A stretch of DNA of 64,000 bases from positions 124,001 to 188,000 of the forward strand of contig CM082580.2 in assembly GCA_040954595.2 (NCBI GenBank), read 5' to 3'. Below, piece by piece: positions 13,271 to 23,564 of the stretch. Made by a program: the position numbers and the translations under genes. The notes under the pieces were generated by a model. It ran no database searches, was not told where the DNA came from, and was given only the letters and a program-made list of their open reading frames with translations. Origin of the DNA: Balanoglossus misakiensis. Taxonomy: Eukaryota; Animalia; Hemichordata. Every line of letters begins with the position of its first letter. Positions within the stretch are counted from its first letter, which is position 1.

Positions 13271-13347
13271 ATAATATTTAAAGCCTAATCACTCCGCTCA
13301 ATGATATACCTATTATTATAAGGAATGGGTTAAAGAGCCTGATGTTG
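13269..13347 (-). repeat. Split direct repeat B1 (79 bp), abutting A2 (circle-junction copy)
   Basis: Identical to 12947-13025; shares the AT dinucleotide with A2. Confidence 0.95.
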
Positions 13348-13571
13348 TCCATTTGCCCGCGATATTCATTATTTATAAAACTCTCCTCAAAGATTCCCCC
13401 ACCTAAATCCCCAATCCTCAAACCTCAATCCCCACTCCCCCCACTGGTTTACGTCAATAAGGAAACGGACGAAAGAGGAGTGTCCAAGCCACAAGTATAT
13501 ACTATTTATTATATTGAAACTACCATGTAGCTGCGTATAATATAACAGATCACAGAAAAGTCGCCCACATT

Positions 13572-14840
13572 TTACTTGGCCTGAAAAGCCCTTGTGAATC
13601 CAACAAGTTTCTCAGTTGCATTATACCTTTCAATATGTCGCATGGAAGCAAGCAAATCCTCCGTTCTATTGCCTTGGCGGCCAATATTGGCAACAACTGA
13701 CAGCTTAGTATAATAATCAGCCATCTTCTCAGTTTTCCAACCCACATGACTCATGACTTCATCTACGTGAGCACCCGCTAACGACATAGTGATAGCACAC
13801 GCACTTCTCAGACTGTGTGGTGTCTCACCTTCATCCATATTAAGTGATTGTAAATAAAGTTTAAGCCGATGATATATAACCTGCGATGACAAAGGTTTGT
13901 TCTCTATATCACCATTAGGTTTAGTGGGTCTAAACAAATACCCAGTCATGATATCTACACCTAGATTTAAAGACAAATCAATATATCGCTCTAAAGTATT
14001 TACAGGACACAAACGGGTATCCGCACATCTCTTAAGTACAAACATATTTGAATTACATCCACGAAGAGTCTTCCCAAATGTATGATTGAAAAGCAAACCT
14101 GAATTATCGGGGAAACGAAGAACCTCCTGTGTCTTAATGTGACCCAGATCCCCTGCTCTATCACCTGAGAAAAATAAAAGCTTAAACACGGCCATGTCTC
14201 TAGCATATATATATGCTAAGAGTGGTGACGAACATGAAGAGAGTAACTTTAACAAATGCTCAAAGACGCAAATGACCTTCGGCAAAAATAACGGCTTAGC
14301 CTGTCTGACTGTCACATTCGCTTGTGCCTGCTCCTCAGAGATTTTCTTTAAATACCTTTGCACCATTATACTATCAGTGGGGTTACAAAAACGCTGATTC
14401 GGATTTTCTTTTTGTCGTGCTTGAAAATATGAAGAGATCTTAGATATCATGTTTTTGGCTGAACCTATCCTCAGACGTTTAGGACAACCGCATGGCGCAC
14501 GACCAGGCTGACCTAAGTATGCACATGTGTAACGATGGACTTGCGTTTTCGCATCTTTATCCTTAAAGACTAAAAACCTAACAATATCGTGCGGGCTAGC
14601 TCGGCTTACAGGCTTGGGCACAGGGAGTCTTGCAAGGAATAACTCAAGTTCTTGTATTAAGCGGTCTTTCTGTTTCTCATACGGAGATCGATCCCCTAAT
14701 AAATCCGAGATACGTTGGTCGATATGATGAAGGTCAACACCGTTGAAGTCATTTAAACCGGTTCCTTGGATCGCTTTTGATGAACAGACACCACATGACT
14801 GAGATGTTGTATCATTCAAAGCACCACAAATCCAACATGT
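13572..14840 (-). CDS. Tyrosine recombinase (integrase) with N-terminal Cys4 finger; likely a spliced 3' exon
   Basis: Catalytic residues in GDRAGDL, FGKT, TPHSLR, HVGW and ADYY. The frame opens right after tttcttctAG with TCWICGALNDTTSQSCGVCS. The ORF-track start is TTG, and the first ATG is ~120 codons in. Confidence 0.92.
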   Translation of the reverse strand, partial: TCWICGALNDTTSQSCGVCSSKAIQGTGLNDFNGVDLHHIDQRISDLLGDRSPYEKQKDRLIQELELFLARLPVPKPVSRASPHDIVRFLVFKDKDAKTQVHRYTCAYLGQPGRAPCGCPKRLRIGSAKNMISKISSYFQARQKENPNQRFCNPTDSIMVQRYLKKISEEQAQANVTVRQAKPLFLPKVICVFEHLLKLLSSCSSPLLAYIYARDMAVFKLLFFSGDRAGDLGHIKTQEVLRFPDNSGLLFNHTFGKTLRGCNSNMFVLKRCADTRLCPVNTLERYIDLSLNLGVDIMTGYLFRPTKPNGDIENKPLSSQVIYHRLKLYLQSLNMDEGETPHSLRSACAITMSLAGAHVDEVMSHVGWKTEKMADYYTKLSVVANIGRQGNRTEDLLASMRHIERYNATEKLVGFTRAFQAK

Positions 14841-15059
14841 CTAGAAGAAATCATAAGAGACACCCATTCATCAGTCTACTAAGACATAAAATATTTTATT
14901 TATTTCATACCAGATAATATTGACATTAATAGAAGATACACTTATAATATCTCTATCAAAATCCTAACGATCTTTTGCAATACTACAAATTCACCAAAGA
15001 AGAAGAACCATTTACTGTATACCCATCATATATCCCATAAATAGTAACAACTACATGAT

Positions 15060-15348
15060 TTATACATCCCAATCGAATTTGACTGCCAAGAGGTCACACC
15101 GCAACTCATAATCTATATAACCCTGAGTAGAGGGGGCTTGAATAATACCTATTTCCCCTCGACTACCCAACTTTATAACCGCAGCTGCTAATTGATTAAT
15201 AACGGGCCAATACGAAGCCAGAAAACGACCTCTCGGTACAATCACTGTGGCATGTAATCTCTGACTAATGACATGTTTAAGTGTCGCAGCCACTAAGAAA
15301 AATGGTGGATACACATAAATGGTATCCTTGTCTGAGAAAACATGCCGG
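15060..15348 (-). CDS. C-terminal half of DIRS adenine-methyltransferase-like (MT) domain, in -1 frame relative to pol
   Basis: Pol ends HHIDGMADVSNKKLSRYVSQFP..GVNF. Adding one T to the T5 run (15349-15353) continues FRHVFSDKDTIYVYPPFFLVAATLKHV..TVIVP..YWP, i.e. a DPPY-type motif IV. Confidence 0.8.
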
Positions 15349-17281
15349 AAAAATTAACACCCTCACATCCTATCTGAGGAAACTGTGACACATATCGAGA
15401 TAACTTCTTATTAGAAACATCAGCCATGCCATCTATATGATGAGGACCAAAATTTTCCTCCAGGAATTGCCATACCACAGCGGTCAAAGTAGCATTTGAC
15501 AATGATGTAGATCGAGAAGGTAGATCGGCATCATTAGCCTTAGAAGGTATATATGTAAGGGTAAGTCGAACATTGTGCTGAAAGCAGAAGTCAAAGATAC
15601 GCTTCAAAATTTCATTCAAATCAACATCTTTTGCTCCCGGAATTCCCCCATTCCATGCCTGTACTATAGGAAGTGCATCGATATATGCATCAACTCGAGT
15701 ATTACGAATTTGCTCTTGAAAACCAACCAATGCTCTACACAAAGCTTCTGCTTCCTTCTTTATAATGGGAAAATCTTTCCACTTACTATCCCACATATCT
15801 CCTATAACCACCTTGTTATTAGCTACGTACATAACCGCACCCCATTTGTACTGACTTGCGTCAGAAAATACCCTTACCCCTACATGACTTTCGGTTGGCC
15901 AAATAAATTTACCCGCCGAATCTAAGATGGATTTCCACTGTACAATCTCAGATTTCAAGCGTCCCCTTATAGGTATCAAAGCTCTACTCGATATCTGAGC
16001 TTTCCCACAAGCATTGGCCATTTGTCGAACATATAACCGAGCGCATGGTAATGCTAACGTAAATGAAATGCATTTCCCCATTAATTTCTGCATTGTCAAA
16101 AGTGGAACTGCCCTCTGTGACAGAACATCCTCCAGCAAATTTAAAAACTTCGTTTTTTTATCATCCGGGATAGAAAAGGATCTATTCACCGAATCGACTG
16201 AAAAACCTAACATTATCAAAGATGTCACAGGATATAACACACTTTTCTCCAAAGAGAGAAAATATCCTGCATCAATAGCGATTTTACACAATATATAAGC
16301 TGCAGCCTGTGCACATTGCAAACTATCCCAAGAAGAACTTGCATCAGCTGGCAACTTTAATCCACCCCCATGCCTGTCATCGATATATTGAATGCAAGGT
16401 ACTCCCAATAATCTAGCATAACTAGTAACACAATATCCCAAAGTGTGATATACATATGCCGATAACTTCCAACCAAAAGGTAATGAATTATTCACATACC
16501 ACACCCCCGCCCATTGAAATCCTACATACATTCTATCAGTATGTCGTATTAAAACGTGGTCGTACCCACTCTTATCATCACACTTAAACTGAAAATCGCC
16601 TTCAGCCAAGTATCTAGTGACTTCAAAAAGCTTATCTAAGTGGAACGGACGAGGTTCCGTCCATAGATTAAGAAAGCGCATGTCAATACACATACGCGGT
16701 TTAGACGGTTCAACCGAAATCGGCATAACCAAATAAGGAGGTTGGTGGCGACCAACCAACCCCCAAACTGATACTGCTCCAGCTTTAACACGTTCAGCGA
16801 TAGTCTGAGCGATAAACCGACCATGCTGACGACAATTCGGATGATTCTGAAACACCCTAGGGGGTGGAATATCATGATCATACTGTTGCCCTTTAAACTC
16901 CCCCTTGAAATGGGTAAAATATTGTGAAATACTAACACGATTCCTTATCCAGTCCATAATGTCATTCTTGTTATGTATATGGTCTGTAATCATGTCCCAA
17001 TAATCACCATGTTCATGTATCTGCCCGGCCATGAAATCTTCCGTATTCCGAAATACCAAGTCATCAGGAGTTGCAAACTCTACTCCGCGTGCTATCATAG
17101 CTATCGAAGGCGAGGTATGGTGAGGACCCTGACGAGGGGCGCCCCCAAGCGTTCTCCACGAATATTGGGTTCTCGGGACAGCATGCATATCCACCATAAA
17201 GTCATTTTCCCATACTGGTGGCTGAAACCAACAGCAAACAAAAGAGGATTCCATCAACAAAACGGTGATATCAACCGTCAT
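15293..17281 (-). CDS. Reverse transcriptase / RNase H (pol) with N-terminal part of MT
   Basis: RT: KPRMCIDMRFLN, DDKSGYDHV, LPFGW, YIDD. RNase H: FSDAS, KEAEA, YIDA, NDADLPSR. Confidence 0.95.
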   Translation of the reverse strand: MTVDITVLLMESSFVCCWFQPPVWENDFMVDMHAVPRTQYSWRTLGGAPRQGPHHTSPSIAMIARGVEFATPDDLVFRNTEDFMAGQIHEHGDYWDMITDHIHNKNDIMDWIRNRVSISQYFTHFKGEFKGQQYDHDIPPPRVFQNHPNCRQHGRFIAQTIAERVKAGAVSVWGLVGRHQPPYLVMPISVEPSKPRMCIDMRFLNLWTEPRPFHLDKLFEVTRYLAEGDFQFKCDDKSGYDHVLIRHTDRMYVGFQWAGVWYVNNSLPFGWKLSAYVYHTLGYCVTSYARLLGVPCIQYIDDRHGGGLKLPADASSSWDSLQCAQAAAYILCKIAIDAGYFLSLEKSVLYPVTSLIMLGFSVDSVNRSFSIPDDKKTKFLNLLEDVLSQRAVPLLTMQKLMGKCISFTLALPCARLYVRQMANACGKAQISSRALIPIRGRLKSEIVQWKSILDSAGKFIWPTESHVGVRVFSDASQYKWGAVMYVANNKVVIGDMWDSKWKDFPIIKKEAEALCRALVGFQEQIRNTRVDAYIDALPIVQAWNGGIPGAKDVDLNEILKRIFDFCFQHNVRLTLTYIPSKANDADLPSRSTSLSNATLTAVVWQFLEENFGPHHIDGMADVSNKKLSRYVSQFPQIGCEGVNFSGMFSQTRIPFMCIHHFS

Positions 17282-17546
17282 GAAATGTGGGGGCGCCCCT
17301 CGACAGGATCCTACAAATGGCAGGTTGCAAAAGCAAAGAGCCTAGTTAAGGCCCCTCCCATCGAGAGGTAACCTAAACCACATTATATATATGCATACGT
17401 ACATGCAAATCTTCAAACATGGGACATGTACTTATCATTCGTCAACACAAATAAACAAATATGCAGCATACAATAAAGACGGGTGTATTTATTTCATTAT
17501 GTATCCCAAAATAACGTCATTACAGTCACTGAATTACAAGACAAAT

Positions 17547-18017
17547 TCACGTTTCCTGATCTGGCTTCATTCGACAATTGCGGGCAAAATGACCAGGCTG
17601 GCCACATCTAAAACATCGGAAATCTTTCCCATACGATTGCCTTCTCCTTCCTCGGCCATACGGACGAAAACGATCGTTGGAAGGCCTGTGTTTTAAGAAT
17701 TTTGAAACTTTCGACGCAATCTCTTCTTCCTCTTTGTTACCCAGTAACAGAATGATCAAGCGTCCAGCGTCCTCTCCAAAATCATTCGCTTCAAACTGCG
17801 ACAATACAGCTCGAAATCTCTGCAGCTTAGGATGCGACACCAAAGTAGCTCTATCCACCAACGTACGTAGAGCACTCAACACCTGTGGTCTTGATGAGAA
17901 GGCTGGGGTATGCGCGAATTCCATCACTTTATGCAAGGCTTCATCTACAGATGCTACACCCGCTGTTTCTTCGATTTTGTCAACTTTCTTCATTAGCAGT
18001 GTCAACTTCTCATTAAC
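17547..18017 (-). CDS. Gag-like protein, exon 2 (CCHC zinc knuckle)
   Basis: CFRCGQPGHFARNC preceded by RFRPYGRGRRR; phase-0 acceptor ttgtttcAG|GTT at 18018/18017. Confidence 0.85.
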   Translation of the reverse strand, partial: VNEKLTLLMKKVDKIEETAGVASVDEALHKVMEFAHTPAFSSRPQVLSALRTLVDRATLVSHPKLQRFRAVLSQFEANDFGEDAGRLIILLLGNKEEEEIASKVSKFLKHRPSNDRFRPYGRGRRRQSYGKDFRCFRCGQPGHFARNCRMKPDQET

Positions 18018-18568
18018 CTGAAACAATTCAGGCAAATATATCAGTCAACGTCACATCCTGATATCATCTAACAGTGTTACTTTACAATATCCCATGCGTA
18101 AGACAATTCCACTACCAGACACCATTTCGGCTACATTCGAAGTCACACCCAATATCATGACCGTATTCCACAAAACAACATGCATGATACTATGAGCATA
18201 CAGAACAATAGAAAGAACTTATGCAAATTCACAGGAGCACTCCACAACCATATGGTATCTTTTGAATGCACGCCCCACCTGGCATGCCTTAAACAATGTC
18301 CATTGTATGCGTGGCTCTAAAATAACTGTTACCCATTCATATGCAAATCTACCTAATTACGCACTCCTTGCACACATTCCGTCATTCCAACCGTTGTACA
18401 GAATATCAAACATTGCATGGAACTTCAGTCGAATGCTTTTTTTTTTTTTTTTTTTTTAACACACTCTACGATGCTCCCCGCATATTCCTTTATTGCTCTC
18501 CACTACATGAACAATGTTCATGCAGCTCCGCCCAGTGCTCACAGAACACCTATTGTGCCACCACAGTA

Positions 18569-18923
18569 ACATATTCGTGCAACTCCACCTGGTGCTCCCA
18601 GAGCGCCTACTATTGCACCATCCATAATAACATATTCGTGCAACTCCACCTGGTGCTCCCAGAGCGCCTACTATTGCACCATCCATAATAACATATTTGT
18701 GCAACTCCACCTGGTGCTCCCAGAGCGCCTACTATTGCACCATCCATAATAACATATTCGTGCAACTCCACCTGGTGCTCCCAGAGCGCCTACTATTGCA
18801 CCATCCATAATAACATATTCGTGCAACTCCACCTGGTGCTCCCAGAGCGCCTACTATTGCACCATCCATAATAACATATTCGTGCAACTCCACCTGGTGC
18901 TCCCAGAGCGCCTACTATTGCAC
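18569..18923. repeat. 61-bp minisatellite (~6 copies plus a degenerate copy near 18510) inside the gag intron
   Basis: acatattcgtgcaactccacctggtgctcccagagcgcctactattgcaccatccataata at 18569, 18630, 18691, 18752, 18813 and 18874. Confidence 0.95.
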
Positions 18924-19071
18924 AATAGTGTTAACAGTACACCCAATAAATATAACAACATAATCGAACTAAACCGACCAAAATATGGCCGATGAAACAT
19001 GTATGTACAAAACCTAGCCAAAGACCGAAGGACATTTACATTCCGCTAATGAGCCAAAAACTGATAATTAC

Positions 19072-19371
19072 CTGCTGCTGCGATAAACGCTGATCTTGGC
19101 CATCCCTATTATTATGCTGAGCGGGCGTATCGCCTGCCACCACCTGAGCCTGAGAAGCTGCGCCTTCCGGGACTTGCACCGAAACACGTGTAGAGCTGCC
19201 TTGACTAGCTGAAGGCCCTGCTACATGAGCCTGTGTAAAAGTGGCCGTGGTAGCCGATAAAGGCAAGCTTGTGGTAGCCGGAGTATTACTGCGTCCGTCA
19301 GTCATCATCACTTCTAAGTCTGGAAGCAAGGGATTGGCCACAAGTAGCATTCTCTTCTTACTTATATACAC
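19072..19371 (-). CDS. Gag exon 1 / leader exon (S/T/A/Q-rich; start ATG at 19371 or 19308)
   Basis: Open frame ending ...RLSQQQ at donor CAG|GTAATT, phase 0, in frame with exon 2. Confidence 0.65.
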
Positions 19372-19429
19372 TGGTCTTATGAATATTCATGGCGTAATAA
19401 TCTCGCTATGTGATAAGGCTTTGAATAAT
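19315..19429 (-). repeat. Split direct repeat A1 (115 bp, element 5' end)
   Basis: Identical to 13156-13270. Confidence 0.95.
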
Positions 19430-21870
19430 TGGTAGAAAACGAATAGGGCCTTCTACAAATGACGTCTCAGACCCGCAAACGCCACCAGAACACAAAACAC
19501 ATGCACAGAACAGTTTAAGCCGGTTGTTGTATGGAGCAGCAATAATCTGCGGTTGGGCCGTCGTAGATTTTCGCTGGTGGTGAAAATAAATAAAACACGA
19601 TCGATGTTCGATTTATTCCAGATCACATGCGTTTACGGCCAGAAGAGAGCATAAAAGTCTTCAAATGACCATGTGGTGGCGCACTTTTTCCGATTGGCTG
19701 TATTTCAATTTGTTCGTGGTAAATTAATTTTGTGGAGGTGACCGGCACTGAAGCTCTTAGCTAGGATGAGGTGGGATGGAAAAATGCCCCATTTGACTCA
19801 TTTTAGCTGTTTTAAAATATACGACTATTTATAGACAAAAGGAAAATAAAACAAGCGCAAAAACATACCAAACCTAGTTTTATTAATTACAAAAAAAATT
19901 GCTGAGTAAAGGTTTTCATGTGGGCATTCACTTTGAACTTGCTAAATTACTTTAAAGAGACAAAGTCGCTCTCTCTTTGTCCTTTTGCGATGATGGAATG
20001 CTTGCTTGAAGTCTCTCGTGCAATAAATGATGTCGATTCATACATGTATGGATGGTGTATAGGTGGTCGGAATTTACATGTCTTTGCCACGTCCAAACCA
20101 AAAACACATAAAATCAAACTTTGGGTCATGAAATCGAGTTTTGTTACAGTCTAGAATTTCATGCCACCCCTTTTGGTCATATTATTCTTGGTAGGCAAAA
20201 GTGACAAGTAGTCAAGTTTCAACACAGGCAACATTTTTACAAACAAACCACAAAGAAGACATCAAAAGGGAGAGAATTATAGAATGGTCAATGTGTGAAT
20301 AGTTAAGATACGTAAAGTGGCCGGGTTCAACATAACATTAACTCATCGACTTCATATCGTCTTCATGCCATGGTTTTGCCTGCCCTGAAAAATCTTGTCG
20401 TTGCAGAAGTGGTTTTGACAGAAAGAATTTAGTCTTCCGGGATGTTTGTGATTATTTGAACACCAGACAATACAATGCAACCTTGACTTCCAAAATACTT
20501 ACCGGCATTGCATTATCTTACCATGGTTAGGCCTACAGAGAACAAATTTTCAACAATATTTTCTGAGTTACCGCTGATATTTGTTTTGTAGTATGGATAT
20601 TAAATTATACATCCCGATACAAAACAGAATGTTATAGAATCCTTCCTGAGTGATATTGAAAAAATTACCGGAATGCTATAGCCTAATCTATGGTTAGGGT
20701 TATTGCTATTATTTTATATCAGTAATCGACTTTGTGTATATCAATGTCATTTTCATAACGAAAATGAACTCGAGTCTAATGTAAACGTTACGAATTGATC
20801 GAAAGGCGCTCTGATGAATGTTAACACGAGTGCGCAATGACAAGACATGCATCGTGCATGACAGTGACAACAGTTCCAATAGAGCAGTTAAAAAATAAAC
20901 CGGCCGTCCGTAAATTTATCAGCTATATTTTTTTTTATTTAGTCAAGTTTTCCCTGTTGCATGCTATTAGTTCAGGGGCCAGTTTTAGCAGTGCTCTATT
21001 GAGTACTTTCGTATCGATGGATTGATCTCTCGTCCAATCAGAATGGCGGATGGTAGCATGATCCGACATATTGCGTATTACAATAGGGCTTCCTCATACA
21101 GGTCAGAACAGAGAGGTCATTCCTTTTATTTTAGGACGTCTCAGCTCCTTTGTCTTTTCTGTTATTTTTTGACAAATGCGGATTGACGTTCCATTTCCAA
21201 TTGGCGATAATTATATTTATTTGTATTTCATTGCATAAGCGCTTGCTAGTCGTTTTTTAGCAATTTTTTTTGTAGTACAAAAACACTGAAGAAAACGAAA
21301 TATTTTATTCATTCGCACTTCCAAAGAACACCGTGACATAATTCCTCAATTTGCATTTCAGTGTGTGTGTCTGGTGTGTCTGCATTGACGTGAGGCGCAT
21401 TCTCCACCCGCACACATACGTTGCATTGCATTCTTTGACTAATTAGTGTTACGTCATGTTGAAGCAGGATTCTGATTGAGTAGTAAGTAAGTTGCATAAT
21501 TGACGCACAGCTGGTGCCTCGTTCTCGTACCGCTGACCATTGCATTTGAAAAATCATTGCAGCTTTGACGTTCATCAAGCATGGAGGTCCCGGTCGCCTC
21601 CATGCTTGATGATGTCGTTTCTCTGGTAAGCATGGCATTTAATGTTATTTTACAAGTACATGTACACTCCTTCTAGCAAAAACTGGTCGTGGTAGGGCGA
21701 GAGGGTCCCCCCAACATCGAAATTCTGACTTTGGGAAGCGTTACAGCACCAAACAGTAAACTCACAGTCGCATGGAATTTGTGCGTTATATTACACCGTG
21801 CGAGTAAATTGTACGTCGTTCGTTGGCTCGAGTCAGCTTTGTTATTGTGGAGCAGGTGGTACCGTAACAC

Positions 21871-22286
21871 CACAGGGGGCTCTCCCTAGGCGATTTTATT
21901 GTTTGTTTGTTGTTGTTGATTGGCATAATAAACAAATACATATTTCTTTATTAATAAATATGGTTTGTTGACATGTAAGGGTTAGGTTATTAGGGTATAT
22001 TTGACAGGTTATGGTATATTCAACGGTTAGAATTAGTGTTGGCATTTTTTCGATCCATGGCCGGCATCACCCCCCCCCCAAACCCCCCCCCCCACCCCCT
22101 GTGGCTTAGTGATGCCCGGGGCCGTGGATCGAAAAAAATGCCAACAGTAACCCTAACTGTTGAATATACCCTAACACTTACATGTCAACAAACCATATTT
22201 ATTAATAATGAAATATGTATTTGTTTATTATGCCAATCAACAACAACAAACAAACAATAAAATCGCGGAGGGAGGAGCCCCCTGTG
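21871..22286. mobile_element. Palindromic MITE with CACAG...CTGTG ends and a 7-bp TSD
   Basis: Arms are near-complementary over most of the length; gtaacac at 21864-21870 and 22287-22293. Confidence 0.8.
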
Positions 22287-22489
22287 GTAACACACTACAG
22301 TATAACTTTTAAGGCAAAGCGATAGCGAATAAACTGACCAGGGTTGGTTTTGTTGTTGGGGAGATTTTTGGCACCATTGAGACTGTTATAAGCTACCAGT
22401 GGGAGCTATGGTATAGCCGTTAACACGCAGCCCTGCCACGCAGAGCTTCTATGACTGGTTACTAACTTCTATGTCTATTTGATTCACAG

Positions 22490-22564
22490 ATGCTGCCTGA
22501 AACTGTCTGCGTTTCAACTCGGGATTCTCTTCCTTGTCCGGGGCGAGTTTAAGACCGCTCAATG
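22490..22564 (+). other. Putative 75-nt exon A1
   Basis: TACTAAC branch point (22460), tttgattcacAG acceptor and G|GTAAGC donor; duplicated at 28976-29050. Confidence 0.5.
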
Positions 22565-22806
22565 GTAAGCATGACTTGCTTTATATTTGCTTTTATCGGG
22601 TGTTGCAACCGAAACAATAGGAAGAAATGTATGTCTACGAACTAATTTACATATTCCAGCTTTCAATACAATGTACCTGTTTTTTCCCCTTCGAATTCTG
22701 GCCTCGATTGCTTGTGATATGATCGTGATGTCATGAATTAGATGGACAACTCACAAGTTCAAATCTTCACGTGGAGCATAAAATAAATGTGGATGCATTT
22801 CCTTAA

Positions 22807-23153
22807 AGGGACAAAGTCTCTCTCTCGCTGCCCTTTTTTCCATTAATTATATTTGATACAAGACACCGTTTGTTATTCTACATGTAGATATATAGTGAAT
22901 GAACGTTCAGCCACACACAACTTCCGTCCCACTTGTAGACACGAGAGTAAAAATACTCGCCAAAATGAATAATCGTTCTTTACCATTTATTCATTTTGGG
23001 CGAGTTTTTACTCTCATATCATACAAGCGGGATGGAAGTTTTGTGTGGTTGATCATTTATTCACTATATATCCAAATGTACATTGACATAAACAGTGTCT
23101 TGTATCAAACATAATTAATGGAAAAAGGACAGCGACAGAGAGACTTTGTCCCT
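22807..23153. mobile_element. Palindromic TTAA-TSD MITE (Kolobok-like)
   Basis: TTAA|agggacaaagtct...agactttgtccct|TTAA. The paralogous segment near 29272 has the empty site (ttccTTAAccatatag). Confidence 0.9.
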
Positions 23154-23491
23154 TTAACCATATAGCTAAAATTACTCCCATATCAATACACAGGGAGATA
23201 CTTTAACTTTGGCTGAACGTGTGCTAGTCCAAAACTATGCTTAATCAAACTGGCTAAGAGATCTGTTATTATATTAGACGCATGAAGGAAAGTAATGTTG
23301 TTTAGAGTGAAATAAAACAATACTTTAGGCCAGAAAGAAAAATGTAAATCATGACACAAACAGGCTGGAAATTTTTTCTGACCCTATATTATACCATGTT
23401 TTGCATATTTTCACTAATTTGTATGGCCCACATAATTCTAAAGCAAGGTTGATTGGTTACTAATTAATATTTGCATATATTTGATTCACAG

Positions 23492-23564
23492 TCTTAAACA
23501 CAGCATTTCAACGTATGCCGGAGGAGGAAGAGAATACCTAGGCCTGATCCAAGACCGCTTTCCG
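23492..23564 (+). other. Putative 73-nt exon B1
   Basis: tttgattcacAG acceptor and CCG|GTAAGC donor; identical copy at 30228-30300. Confidence 0.5.

Larger units (their letters stand above)
12947..19429 (-). mobile_element. Full-length tyrosine-recombinase retrotransposon (DIRS order, PAT-like, split direct repeats)
   Basis: Gag(CCHC)-RT/RH-MT-YR on the minus strand, bounded by identical repeats in the order A1...B1-A2-spacer-B2; no TSD. Confidence 0.95.

Noticed and set aside
15575-18021. Plus-strand ORFs antisense to pol and gag
   Set aside because: Shadow frames with no recognisable motifs.
12947-19429. Prophage, Crypton or classical DIRS1 (ITR plus ICR) assignment
   Set aside because: RT/RH and gag are present and the termini are split direct repeats. 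The MT domain favours PAT-like over Ngaro, pending phylogeny.
21309-21638. 109-aa minus-strand ORF
   Set aside because: No motif or convincing splice structure.
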